Part shown: positions 46,549 to 56,053 of the stretch, piece after piece
Position numbering within the stretch: the first letter of the stretch is position 1
How the letters are laid out: every line of letters starts with the position of its first letter
Assembly: GCA_002385625.1 (NCBI GenBank)
Contig: DGDV01000018.1
Location: 16,570 to 80,569 of the forward strand
DNA length: 64,000 nucleotides
Source of the DNA: Firmicutes bacterium UBA3943
GTDB taxonomy: Bacteria > Bacillota > UBA4882 > UBA10575 > UBA3943
Reading direction: 5' to 3'
Translations under genes and position numbers: made by a program
Notes under the pieces: generated by a model
What the model saw: only the letters and a program-made list of their open reading frames with translations
Told to the model about the DNA's origin: nothing
Databases searched by the model: none

Positions 46549-46800
46549 GAGAAATCCACGGATCTTTGGCATATAAGACAAGGCCTCCCATTAAATTTAT
46601 AGGGAAGGGGAAGCTGCCGCCAATAATTACTTAACTGGCGCAAAGGACTTAACATGCCTTGGTGCTCCTTGTTTTTGGCGAACAGTAAACAAAATGTTAA
46701 AGATATTTTGATCTATTAGCTTAAAAAAAGAGGAATTTTGCAATTAGGCAAAAATATATACATTGCTTAAGTAAAAAATAGCCAAAGGGAGGAAGCGGGC

Positions 46801-47061
46801 ATGGAACTTCTTAAGGTAGCGGCCAAATCTAATCCTAACTCTGTGGCGGGTGCAATGGCCGGAGTCATTCGGGAGAAAGGAAGCGTTGAAATTCAGGCCA
46901 TTGGAGCCGGCGCCATTAATCAAGCTGTCAAGGCTGTGGCAATTGCCCGTGGATTCGTGGCGCAAGGCGGGATAGACCTGGTCTGTATCCCGGCCTTCAG
47001 TGATGTTTCCATCAACGGGGAGGAAAGGACGGCAATCAAACTGATTGTTGAGCCCCGTTAA
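46801..47061 (+). CDS. spoVS: Stage V sporulation protein S
   Basis: MELLKVAAKSNPNSVAGAMAGVIREKG..IQAIGAGAINQAVKAVAIARGF..TAIKLIVEPR, close to B. subtilis SpoVS as I recall it. Confidence 0.97.
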   Translation: MELLKVAAKSNPNSVAGAMAGVIREKGSVEIQAIGAGAINQAVKAVAIARGFVAQGGIDLVCIPAFSDVSINGEERTAIKLIVEPR

Positions 47062-47080
47062 ATCCATGCTGTAGTCTGAG

Positions 47081-47110
47081 GGGACCTGCCGGGCAGGTCC
47101 CTTTTCTTTC
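47081..47110 (+). terminator. Rho-independent terminator after spoVS
   Basis: GGGACCTGC / GCAGGTCCC stem followed by TTTTCTTTC. Confidence 0.85.
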
Positions 47111-47145
47111 TAAGGGAGAAGAGAAACGGAGGTTGTGGGTGGAAG

Positions 47146-48096
47146 ATGCCTTGGAAACAGTACTGGCCGGTGGCGGATGGGCATGCGGATACACTGGTGG
47201 CGGCGACGGGAGAAAGTCGTTCTTTTTTTCAAGAGAGCGCCCATGGGCACATGGATTTGGTGCGCTTGCGCAGAGCCGGGGTGGATCTGCAAGTGTTGGC
47301 AATCTGTGCTGAAGAAAGGGGTTCATCCTACGCCTGGGCGGTGGGATTGTTAGAGGAGTTTGCCCGAAAGTACCGGGAACATACGGAGGACTGCGTCTGG
47401 CTGAGGGAGGCCGAAGATTGGCGCCTGTGGGAAAACAGCCGAAAAACAGGGGTGCTTTTGGCCTTGGAGGGACTGGAGCCCTTGGAGGGAGAAGTGAAGC
47501 GGCTGGAGGAGTTCTATGCTTTAGGTATCCGGATGGTTTCCCTGACTTGGAATCATGCCAATCCCTTTGCGGCAGGCGTTTTAGCCAACGGCGGCCTGAC
47601 CAGGAAGGGGCGGATGGCGTTGGCGTGTTTGACCGATCTGGGGATGGCCCTTGATCTCTCCCACCTGCATCAGGAGGGGTTCTGGGAGATTATCCGAGCT
47701 CAACCCCCCGGACCTGTCCTGGCGACCCATGCCAATGCCGCTGCATTGATGTTCCATCCCAGGAATCTGACGGATGACCAGATCAAAGCCCTGGCAGATT
47801 TAGGCGGGACGGTAGGGGTGGCGATGTACCCGCCTTTCCTGACCGAGGAAACCGCCAACGTTCGTCATGCGTTAAAACATATAGAGCATATCATGGAAGT
47901 CGGTGGGATGGGTTGTCCAGCCTTTGGTTGCGACTTTGACGGCATCAAAGAAACACCCCGTGGCATAACAGATGTCACCGATTTTCCGGAGGTCTTTGCT
48001 GCCATGGAGGAGGAGGGATGGGCACCTGAGGTCATCCAAGGAATTATTGGCGCCAATCTGGTTGCGGTGTTACGCCGTACGGCCGAGCTCGATTAA
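47146..48096 (+). CDS. Membrane dipeptidase family (peptidase M19)
   Basis: N-terminal DGHADTL motif, LTWNHANPFA, LDLSHL, HANA motifs. Confidence 0.82.
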   Translation: MPWKQYWPVADGHADTLVAATGESRSFFQESAHGHMDLVRLRRAGVDLQVLAICAEERGSSYAWAVGLLEEFARKYREHTEDCVWLREAEDWRLWENSRKTGVLLALEGLEPLEGEVKRLEEFYALGIRMVSLTWNHANPFAAGVLANGGLTRKGRMALACLTDLGMALDLSHLHQEGFWEIIRAQPPGPVLATHANAAALMFHPRNLTDDQIKALADLGGTVGVAMYPPFLTEETANVRHALKHIEHIMEVGGMGCPAFGCDFDGIKETPRGITDVTDFPEVFAAMEEEGWAPEVIQGIIGANLVAVLRRTAELD

Positions 48097-48311
48097 ATAT
48101 GGTCTTCTGCCAATTTTCGCTGGATTCGCCTGCAATTGACGGAAGGGTTTAGTATGCGCAAATCGAATCTCTTATTTCGAAACAAACTGTGAACGATGGC
48201 TTGTTGCCGTGAATACTCACGGCCATTACCCGCCTGCGCTCACCGGATGGCGTTGTAGCAACAAACTTAGCACTTTTTGCAGAAACAATCGGAATAAGAG
48301 GTGGCCCAAGA

Positions 48312-48851
48312 ATGGCGCAGTTTAAGCCGGTCCGGATTCGTCCGCTAAAGGAAGAGGACTTAAGTGCGGTTGCCCGTTGGAACAATGATGCGGAAGTAGG
48401 ACAATATATGGACGGACCGCAACCCAAGACTTTGGAGGAGTGTCGCCAGTGGTTCGCTGATTGCCGGGGCTCCCGGAACCAGCGGCTTTTTGCCTTGGAG
48501 ACCCTTGAGGGTAAACTCCTGGGAGAACTGGAGTTGGATCACATCTCCTGGCGCAAGCGGGAAGCGGAACTTAGGATCTGCATTGGTGAGAAAGAATACT
48601 GGAACCAAGGGTATGGCCGGGCTGCCGTCCGGGCTTTACTGGACATTGCCTTTGAACATTTAAATCTTAGCCGGATCTACCTCCGGGTTTATCAGGCCAA
48701 CAAAAGGGCGATTAATTGCTACAGAAAAGTAGGATTTCGCTGCCGGGGGCGGCTGCGAAGGTTGAACGATACCCAGTGGCGCAATCTCCTATTAATGGAT
48801 ATCGACCGGGAAACCTTGGCTAAGGTGGAAGATAAACAAATGGTAATATGA
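48312..48851 (+). CDS. GNAT-family N-acetyltransferase (RimJ/RimL-like)
   Basis: IRPL..EDL..V..W.ND, and an acetyl-CoA motif region (WNQGYGRAAVRALLD..RIYLRVYQANKRAINCYRKVGF). Confidence 0.8.
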   Translation: MAQFKPVRIRPLKEEDLSAVARWNNDAEVGQYMDGPQPKTLEECRQWFADCRGSRNQRLFALETLEGKLLGELELDHISWRKREAELRICIGEKEYWNQGYGRAAVRALLDIAFEHLNLSRIYLRVYQANKRAINCYRKVGFRCRGRLRRLNDTQWRNLLLMDIDRETLAKVEDKQMVI

Positions 48852-48999
48852 TAATGGAGAAAATTTTCGCAAATGAAGGATAAGTCAGACCTTCGTCGAA
48901 TTGAATATAATCAATATTGTGTTAAAGGTTCCGGAGATGCCACACGATTGCAGGGGTTTGAGTTACGGAGCCTTTGAACAACCTGGCGGGGGTGTAACG

Positions 49000-49809
49000 A
49001 TGAGTAGTGAAAAAATCAGGGTGATGATTGCCGATAACAATCGGGAGCTTTGCGCGGCGCTAAGCGACCACTTGGCTCTGCAGAGCGATATGGAGCTGGT
49101 GGGCTTGGCCTACGACGGACTTGCCGCCTTGGAGAAGATTAAGGCGGTGAATCCGGACGTGCTTATTTTAGACATTACCATGCCATATCTGGACGGGATC
49201 GGCGTGATGGAAAGGCTGCAGGATTACTCGCCGATGCCCAAGATCATCGTGTTGACTGCCTTTGAACAAGAGGCAATGGTGCAACGGATGATCAGTATGG
49301 GAGCTGTTTATTACATGGCCAAACCCTTTGACACAACAACGCTGATTGAACGGATTCGTCAATTCGGGCGGGATGTGATGCCGAAGGAGAACCGGGCTAA
49401 GGAAGATCCGAACGGGTATGGTCCCATCCATGTAAGTAAAGAACGGGTGGAAAACGATTTAGAGCTGCGGGTCAGCAAACTCTTCCATGAGATGGGGATC
49501 CCGGCGCATTTTCGCGGCTATGCATACTTACGGGATGCGATTATTATGGCTGTCCAAGAGGTGGAGTTGTTAGGAAATATTACCAAACACCTTTATCCCC
49601 GAATTGCTGACAAGTACCGTTCAACCTCCAGCGGGGTGGAATCAGCTATTCGCCATACCATTGAAGTAGGTTGGCAACGCGGCAATCCGGAGACCTTTGT
49701 CAAAATCTTCGGCCCCGGGGAGCGGGGGAAAGGGAAGTTTCCTACTACTGCCTCCTTTATTGCTAAAATTGCCGATAAACTTAGGTTAGAGACAAAATAC
49801 ACCGCATAA
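49000..49809 (+). CDS. spo0A: Sporulation master regulator Spo0A
   Basis: Receiver domain (IRVMIADNNRE..DVLILDITMPYLDG) plus a Spo0A-specific C-terminal DNA-binding domain (SGVESAIRHTIEVGWQRG..SFIAKIADKL). ATG at 49000. Confidence 0.96.
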   Translation: MSSEKIRVMIADNNRELCAALSDHLALQSDMELVGLAYDGLAALEKIKAVNPDVLILDITMPYLDGIGVMERLQDYSPMPKIIVLTAFEQEAMVQRMISMGAVYYMAKPFDTTTLIERIRQFGRDVMPKENRAKEDPNGYGPIHVSKERVENDLELRVSKLFHEMGIPAHFRGYAYLRDAIIMAVQEVELLGNITKHLYPRIADKYRSTSSGVESAIRHTIEVGWQRGNPETFVKIFGPGERGKGKFPTTASFIAKIADKLRLETKYTA

Positions 49810-49864
49810 TTACAGGTAACGGTAAAAGAGTGAGGTAGGTATGGATTTGCTTTAATGTCAACAG

Positions 49865-49888
49865 GCGGGTGCTCCCGCTTTTTATTTT
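49865..49888 (+). terminator. Rho-independent terminator after spo0A
   Basis: GCGGG / CCCGC stem followed by TTTTTATTTTT. Confidence 0.6.
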
Positions 49889-50008
49889 TAAAAATGATTG
49901 GTTCAATGATAATCTCCGCTCCTAATGGATTGTGCCAGCGGGTAATTGCGGGTATAATGAAAAGATAAGGGATTTTTGGACGGATCAAGATTGGATAAAG
50001 GTGAGCTT

Positions 50009-51043
50009 ATGGATTTATTGGGTTTAACCCGGGATGAAATGCGGGAATTGATGCGGTCCCTTGATGCCGAGTTATTCCGGGCGGACCAGATCCTCAATTG
50101 GTTGTATGACCGGCAAGTAACGGATATTGGGGAGATGCGGAATCTGCCCGATGGTTTACGGCGGGCCCTGACGGAGAGGGGATGGCGGGCACAGGCGTTG
50201 GCCGTTGCTTTAACCCGCTCTGCCGGAGACGGGACCGAAAGATACCTGTTTGCGTTGGCAGATGGTGAATCGGTGGAGGGTGTTTATCTTCCAGAGAAGA
50301 AACGGCAGACTGTTTGCTTATCCTCACAGGTGGGTTGCGCTATGAACTGCCGGTTTTGCGCTACCGGCCAAACAGGTTTTGTCCGGAACCTGAGCGCGGG
50401 TGAGATGGTGGATGCTGTCCGCCAGATCGGGCGCAGAAAACAGAAGAGGATCAGTCATGTTGTAGTAATGGGACAAGGGGAGCCATTGGCCAATTACGAT
50501 AACCTGCTCAAAGCTTTAGAGATCTTGAAAGCCCCCTATGGATTAAACATATCCGCCAGGCACATCTCTATCTCCACAGCGGGACTTGTTCCCCAAATAT
50601 TGGCCTTGGCTAAAAAGGGCTTCCAATACAACCTGGCAGTTTCCCTTCATGCCACCAATGATGAGTTGCGGAGCAGCCTAATGCCGGTCAACCGGGCTTA
50701 TCCCCTTGGGGATCTGCATGACGCTTGCCGGGAATATGCGTCGGCGACCGGGCGCCGGGTGACTCTGGAGTACATTATGATTCGGGGTATTAACGATTCC
50801 CGGAAGGATCTTGAGGGGCTTATTGCCTTTGCCAAAGGCTGGTTATCCCATGTTAATTTGATTCCCTTTCATAGTGTTCCGGGTAGCCAGTGGACAGCTT
50901 CAACCCGGGCGACTATTGAGCGATTTTTGGATGACCTGCAAAGGGCAGGGATCCCGGCGACGCTCAGGCGTAGCCGGGGGGAGGAAGTGCTGGCTGCCTG
51001 TGGTCAGCTGCGGCAGGAAACAATTATGTCAAATAAACATTAA
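50009..51043 (+). CDS. rlmN: 23S rRNA/tRNA (adenine2503-C2)-methyltransferase, radical SAM
   Basis: FRADQILNWLY, CAMNCRFCATG radical SAM cluster, MGQGEPL. ATG at 50009 follows AAAGGTGAG. Confidence 0.94.
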   Translation: MDLLGLTRDEMRELMRSLDAELFRADQILNWLYDRQVTDIGEMRNLPDGLRRALTERGWRAQALAVALTRSAGDGTERYLFALADGESVEGVYLPEKKRQTVCLSSQVGCAMNCRFCATGQTGFVRNLSAGEMVDAVRQIGRRKQKRISHVVVMGQGEPLANYDNLLKALEILKAPYGLNISARHISISTAGLVPQILALAKKGFQYNLAVSLHATNDELRSSLMPVNRAYPLGDLHDACREYASATGRRVTLEYIMIRGINDSRKDLEGLIAFAKGWLSHVNLIPFHSVPGSQWTASTRATIERFLDDLQRAGIPATLRRSRGEEVLAACGQLRQETIMSNKH

Positions 51044-51087
51044 TGATATGGCAGTAAGCAGACGCGGTCTGTAGGGAGGTAAGAACA

Positions 51088-51549
51088 ATGGGTGTGTGGC
51101 GTCTTGTCCGAAAGGTCATGGGGTTGAAATGGCCCGGGCAATCCTCCGATAAAGGAAAGCAACGGGAGGATGAGCTTTTGGAAGAAACAAGGATATACAA
51201 AAAAGCCAACGCCACTGCCAATGGAAAGCGCCGTTACAGACTGGTGGTCCTTACCGGACGGGACATGGGACGGGAGTATTTACTGATGCCTACTGTAATG
51301 AAAATCGGCCGGAAGGATGATTGCTTCGTATTACTCACTGATACTAAAGCCAGCAGGGAACATGCCCTCCTGCGGTACCGTGCGCGGGAAGACGGGTATG
51401 TATTGGAGGATTTAGGGAGTACCAACGGCACTTATTTGAATGACCGCCGGATCCGCCAAGAGTATCTTCGGTCGGGGGATATTATCCGGGTTGGTGAAAC
51501 CACCATGCAGTTTTTGTTATTAGAGGCGACGGAGGCGAGTAAGCATTGA
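51088..51549 (+). CDS. FHA-domain protein
   Basis: C-terminal FHA signature (IGRKDDC..L.D...SREHALL.....GYVLEDLGSTNGTYLN). Confidence 0.85.
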   Translation: MGVWRLVRKVMGLKWPGQSSDKGKQREDELLEETRIYKKANATANGKRRYRLVVLTGRDMGREYLLMPTVMKIGRKDDCFVLLTDTKASREHALLRYRAREDGYVLEDLGSTNGTYLNDRRIRQEYLRSGDIIRVGETTMQFLLLEATEASKH

Positions 51550-51601
51550 GGGTGGGAGAAATATTACCGGGAGTGACCTTTGCCGTTGAGGGGTGACAGG
51601 A

Positions 51602-52294
51602 ATGCGGGTTGGTATGGCGACTCATGTTGGACATGTTAGGGAAAAGAATGAAGACAGTATGGGGTGGCGCGACGGCCTTTTTGTGGTGGCCGACGGGATG
51701 GGCGGCCATAATGCCGGTGAGGTCGCCAGTGCTTTGGCGGTGGAATATATACTCCGGATCAAGGGAAAATCCGATTTTCGAAGGGCACTGAAACGTGCGG
51801 TTGAGCAGGCCAACCGGGCCTTATTGGACATGGCCGGTAAAGATCCGAATTGTTCAGGAATGGGGACAACCCTTGCTGTGCTCTATATAAAAGATGACAA
51901 AGCTGTTATCGGACACATCGGCGACAGCCGGGTCTACCAATGGCGGCAGGGCGAACTCAGGCGCTTAACCCGGGATCATTCTTTGGTGGAAGAGTTGGTG
52001 GCCAACGGGGGAATTACAGCTGAGCAAGCCCGGAACCATCCGCAGCGCAACATCTTGACCAGGGCCTTGGGTACGCCGAACTTGCCGGAGATAGAGCTTG
52101 TTGAACTGCCGATTGAAGCGGGTGACCGTTTCCTTCTGTGTACTGACGGGCTGAGCGGCCCCTTAAGTGATGAGGAGATTGCGGCAGTCATCAGTGAGGA
52201 CAAAAGCCCACAGGAATTGGCTGACAGTCTTGTGGAACAGGCTAATGGGAAAGGCGGCCCGGATAATGTCACCATTATTGTGGTGGAGATCTAA
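51602..52294 (+). CDS. stp: PP2C-family Ser/Thr phosphatase
   Basis: REKNEDS, VADGMGGH and CTDGLS motifs. Confidence 0.92.
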   Translation: MRVGMATHVGHVREKNEDSMGWRDGLFVVADGMGGHNAGEVASALAVEYILRIKGKSDFRRALKRAVEQANRALLDMAGKDPNCSGMGTTLAVLYIKDDKAVIGHIGDSRVYQWRQGELRRLTRDHSLVEELVANGGITAEQARNHPQRNILTRALGTPNLPEIELVELPIEAGDRFLLCTDGLSGPLSDEEIAAVISEDKSPQELADSLVEQANGKGGPDNVTIIVVEI

Positions 52295-52466
52295 ACCGCT
52301 CCCATTTTATACCGGCTTATGGAGCCCCTTGTTTAAAATACCTGATTGGTCATTAGTCTGGAAGTTCGTGGGAGGCTTTGGTTCGACGTAAAAATAACGG
52401 GGAAGAAGAGGAATTGAAGTTCCTCCGACGAAGTAAATACGGATAGGTTAAGGCTAAGTTGAGCGT

Positions 52467-52504
52467 CAAAGATAGATTTATCCATCAAAGACAGATTCAT
52501 CCAT
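52467..52504 (+). repeat. Tandem direct repeat, 2 x 19 bp (CAAAGAYAGATTYATCCAT)
   Basis: CAAAGATAGATTTATCCAT (52467-52485) immediately followed by CAAAGACAGATTCATCCAT (52486-52504), 40 nt upstream of prkC. Confidence 0.9.
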
Positions 52505-52543
52505 CGGAAAACAGTGTTTAATCCTGCCCAGGGGAGTGAATAG

Positions 52544-54412
52544 TTGGTGATTGGGAAAGTTCTGGGAAACCGTTATCACATTGTGGAGTTATTGGGCGAA
52601 GGCGGCATGGCCTTGGTCTATAAAGCGGAATGTTCATTATTGCGCCGTCCTGTTGCTGTAAAAATCCTGCGTTCCCAGTATGCCAACGATTCCGAGTTTG
52701 TGGAGCGTTTTCGCCGGGAGGCGCAGGCTGCCGCCAGCCTTTCCCATCCTAATGTAGTGAATATTTATGATGTGGGGAATGAAGACGGCATTGATTATAT
52801 TGTCATGGAGTATGTGGCCGGAGAGAATCTCAAAGAGTTGATCCGGCGCGAAGCACCATTTTCCGTCCGGCGGGCCTTGACCATTGCCGCCCAAATCTGT
52901 GAGGCGCTGCAACACGCCCACCAGCATAATATCATTCATCGTGACATTAAACCCCATAACATTCTGATTACGCCGGAGGGCAGGGTAAAGGTAACCGATT
53001 TTGGTATTGCGCGGGCGGTCAGCGCCAGCGGCATGACCCAAACCGGTATGGTCTTTGGGTCGGTGCAATATTTCTCTCCGGAACAAGCTGAGGGTGGTAT
53101 TGTCGGAACCCAATCGGATTTGTATTCCTTAGGTTGTGTGTTGTACGAGATGTTAACCGGTAAGGTTCCTTTTACCGGGGAAAGCCCAATTGCCATTGCC
53201 CTCAAGCATATTCAGGAGGAGCCTGTTCCGGTGGAACGGTTGCGCCTGGGAATTCCCCCGGCAGTCAGTCGCATTGTGGAAAAGGCCTTGGCCAAACCCT
53301 TGTCTGAGCGATATTCCACGGCCTATGCAATGCTGCGGGAGATCCATGCGGCGCTTGGCTCTGAAATGCTGATTATGGAAGGGGAGACCGAAGACCTGCC
53401 AACTCAGGCCATTGCTGCGGTTACCCCTGAGAAACCATCCCGGAAACAACCCTGGTTCAAGTGGTTGGCCTATGCCTTATCGGTTATTGCCATAATGGCC
53501 CTCACCGGGTTTGGGCTTAAGTTGGCCATAAAACCCCGCGCGGCTGTAGAGGTCCCCGACCTGCGCGGGATGACTTTGGATGAGGCAACCCGGGTGGCCG
53601 GAGAGCACCAGTTGAAGGTGGAAGTAGCCCGGCGGGTCTTTCATTCGGAAATAGCGGAGGGGCGAGTGGTTGCCCAGGAACCCGAAGCAAACAGAAAAAT
53701 CCGCATTGGCCGGGAGATTAAGCTAACTCTCAGTAGAGGGTATGAAATGGTCATTGTTCCGGACTTAATCGGTAAATCCCAGTTGGAAGCAGAACTTGCT
53801 CTGGAAAGCAGCCGGCTCAGGTTGGGTGATATTTATATGGAACCCAATAATGAGATTCCCAAGAATTATGTGGCGCGGCAAAAACCGGAAGCAGGAACCA
53901 GCATCCAAAAGGATGCCCGGATTGACTTGTATTTAAGCCTTGGTCCGAATGTGGATACGGTTAAAGTGCCTAACTTTATTGGTCGGCAATTGGCGGAAGT
54001 CCAGGCGGAACTGGCCGGACTGGGTTTGGTCTTTAATAAAGCAACCCCGGAGGTCAGTGCTTTTCCTGAGGGTCAGATCCTAGACCAGCAACCTGCCCCC
54101 GGCACAGATGTGCCCTTGGGGACGGCCATGTCCTTTGTGGTCAGTGCCGGTCAGTTTGGCGGAGCAAGCCCGGGAAGTCCGAGTGCTGCTTCTGCGGAGA
54201 TGCGTCAGGGCAGGATCCACGTTCGGATTGATTCAGGCCCTGCGTTGCAACATGTAAAGATTGTAGTTGCCGACAGTCAAGGCCATCGTACAGTTTATCG
54301 CGGGAAACACCAGCCCGGGGAGCGGGTGGATGTGCCGGTACAAGTCACTGGGCCAGCAAAGGCCTATGTCTATCTTGATAATGTCCTAAAAGGGGAAGAG
54401 GTCATTCCATGA
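52544..54412 (+). CDS. prkC: PASTA-domain Ser/Thr protein kinase
   Basis: Hanks kinase motifs (GEGGMALVYKA, HRDIKPHNIL, DFG, SPEQ), one TM helix, three PASTA repeats, and a C-terminal beta-rich domain. Confidence 0.95.
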   Translation: MVIGKVLGNRYHIVELLGEGGMALVYKAECSLLRRPVAVKILRSQYANDSEFVERFRREAQAAASLSHPNVVNIYDVGNEDGIDYIVMEYVAGENLKELIRREAPFSVRRALTIAAQICEALQHAHQHNIIHRDIKPHNILITPEGRVKVTDFGIARAVSASGMTQTGMVFGSVQYFSPEQAEGGIVGTQSDLYSLGCVLYEMLTGKVPFTGESPIAIALKHIQEEPVPVERLRLGIPPAVSRIVEKALAKPLSERYSTAYAMLREIHAALGSEMLIMEGETEDLPTQAIAAVTPEKPSRKQPWFKWLAYALSVIAIMALTGFGLKLAIKPRAAVEVPDLRGMTLDEATRVAGEHQLKVEVARRVFHSEIAEGRVVAQEPEANRKIRIGREIKLTLSRGYEMVIVPDLIGKSQLEAELALESSRLRLGDIYMEPNNEIPKNYVARQKPEAGTSIQKDARIDLYLSLGPNVDTVKVPNFIGRQLAEVQAELAGLGLVFNKATPEVSAFPEGQILDQQPAPGTDVPLGTAMSFVVSAGQFGGASPGSPSAASAEMRQGRIHVRIDSGPALQHVKIVVADSQGHRTVYRGKHQPGERVDVPVQVTGPAKAYVYLDNVLKGEEVIP

Positions 54413-55308
54413 AGGAAAAAGCCTCACATCTCCCGGTGGGCAGGGTGTTAAAAGGTATTGCCGGCTTTTATACGGTGGCCGACGAGAATGGGGTGATCAT
54501 GGAGGCAAAAGCCCGGGGGAGACTGCGCCGGGAAGATGAACTATTAGTTGGCGACTTGGTGCGGTACCAACGGTGCGAAGAAGGGAAATGTACCATCGAA
54601 GAGATCCTGCCCAGGACTACGGTTTTAAAAAGGCCATATATTGCCAATGTTACTCAGATATTACTGGTATTTGCCTTAAAAAACCCGGATTACAATACTG
54701 TCTTGATTGATCGCTTTCTTGTGCTGGCCGAAGCGGCAGCGATCCCTTGTATGATTGTTTTTAATAAGGCCGACTTGGTGAAAAAAGCTGAGGCCGAAAA
54801 AATAGCCCGGCTCTATGAGGAGATCGGCTACAAAGTCCGGGTGACAAGTACCCTGACCAATCAGGGCAAAATGTTGTTAAAAAGAGATCTCCGGGAACAG
54901 GTAACCGTAGTGGCCGGTCCCTCCGGTGTTGGCAAGTCGGCTCTGCTCAACATGGTCAGCCCCGGTTACCGGTTAAAGACCGGTACTGTCAGCAGAAAGA
55001 TTGGGCGGGGTCGTCATACCACCCGTCAGGTGGAACTCCTTCCGTTGCCGGGTGGGGGCTATGTGGCGGATACTCCGGGTTTTACCCAGATTGATTTGGA
55101 TTTTTTGACGCCCGATGAATTACCGTCCTTTTTCACCGAATTTACCAGGATGGGTGGGTGTAGATTCCGAGGCTGTTTACACTTGGCGGAACCTGGTTGT
55201 TCCGTGAAGTCCGGTGTGGAAAACGGGAAGATTCACGGGTTCCGTTATGAGCATTATAAGGATTTTATGCAGGAAATTCGAGGGTTTTACGAGAATCGAT
55301 ATAAATAA
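54409..55308 (+). CDS. rsgA: Ribosome small-subunit biogenesis GTPase
   Basis: Circularly permuted GTPase (NKADL, GPSGVGKSAL, DTPGF) with a C-terminal zinc knuckle (CRFRGCLHLAEPGC). Confidence 0.94.
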   Translation: MKEKASHLPVGRVLKGIAGFYTVADENGVIMEAKARGRLRREDELLVGDLVRYQRCEEGKCTIEEILPRTTVLKRPYIANVTQILLVFALKNPDYNTVLIDRFLVLAEAAAIPCMIVFNKADLVKKAEAEKIARLYEEIGYKVRVTSTLTNQGKMLLKRDLREQVTVVAGPSGVGKSALLNMVSPGYRLKTGTVSRKIGRGRHTTRQVELLPLPGGGYVADTPGFTQIDLDFLTPDELPSFFTEFTRMGGCRFRGCLHLAEPGCSVKSGVENGKIHGFRYEHYKDFMQEIRGFYENRYK

Positions 55309-55391
55309 AACAGAAAATGCTTTTTAAACCATGAACTGATCCGTCCGGAGGGTAAGTCCATGGTTAACGGGTCGGGAAGGGAGTTTTACGG

Positions 55392-56051
55392 TTGAATCTT
55401 CAGATCGCCCCATCCATTTTAAATGCGAATTTTGCCGATCTGCGGTCTGAATTGGCGAAAATAAACGAAGCTGACTGGTTGCACCTGGATATTATGGATG
55501 GGCATTTTGTCCCAAACCTGACTTTTGGGCCGCCGGTTGTCGCCATGTTGCGTTCTGTAACTACCCTACCGATGGATGCTCATCTTATGGTTGACAACCC
55601 GGAAGAGCTAATTCCGGCCTTCGCCGAGGCTGGTGTGGAGCGGATTACCGTTCATGTGGAGAGCACCAAGCACATCCACCGGCTAATCCAGCAGATTAAA
55701 GCTGCCGGGTGCAGCGCCGGTGTGGCTTTGAATCCCGGTACGCCCCTTGATAGTCTGGATTATATCCTTTCCGAGTTATCACTGGTAATGTTAATGACGG
55801 TTAACCCCGGCTTTGGCGGACAAAAATTTATTCCGGAAGTTTTACCCAAGATATCCTTATTAAGGGGAAAATTGGACAAAGAAGGTTTTTCTTGTGACAT
55901 TGGTGTGGATGGTGGGATCAACTTGGAAACCGCCCGGGAGGTCATAAAGGCAGGCGCCAATCATTTGGTGGCAGGGACCCTGATTTACAAAGCAACAGAT
56001 CCGGCGGGCATGATTAAGAAGCTTCGTGTTATAGCGCAAGGGGAGGCGTAA
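55392..56051 (+). CDS. rpe: Ribulose-phosphate 3-epimerase
   Basis: HLDIMDGHFVPNLTFG, MTVNPGFGGQKF, VDGGIN. TTG start. Confidence 0.94.
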   Translation: MNLQIAPSILNANFADLRSELAKINEADWLHLDIMDGHFVPNLTFGPPVVAMLRSVTTLPMDAHLMVDNPEELIPAFAEAGVERITVHVESTKHIHRLIQQIKAAGCSAGVALNPGTPLDSLDYILSELSLVMLMTVNPGFGGQKFIPEVLPKISLLRGKLDKEGFSCDIGVDGGINLETAREVIKAGANHLVAGTLIYKATDPAGMIKKLRVIAQGEA

Positions 56052-56053
56052 TT

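Noticed and set aside
46690-46800. Possible sigma-H promoter (AGAGGAATTT) upstream of spoVS.
   Set aside because: The -35-like element is present, but I could not find a matching GAAT -10 element at the correct spacing.
48891-48900. CGTCGAA upstream of spo0A as a possible 0A box (TGTCGAA) for autoregulation.
   Set aside because: This is a single 7-mer with one mismatch, and I could not define a convincing sigma-H promoter around it.
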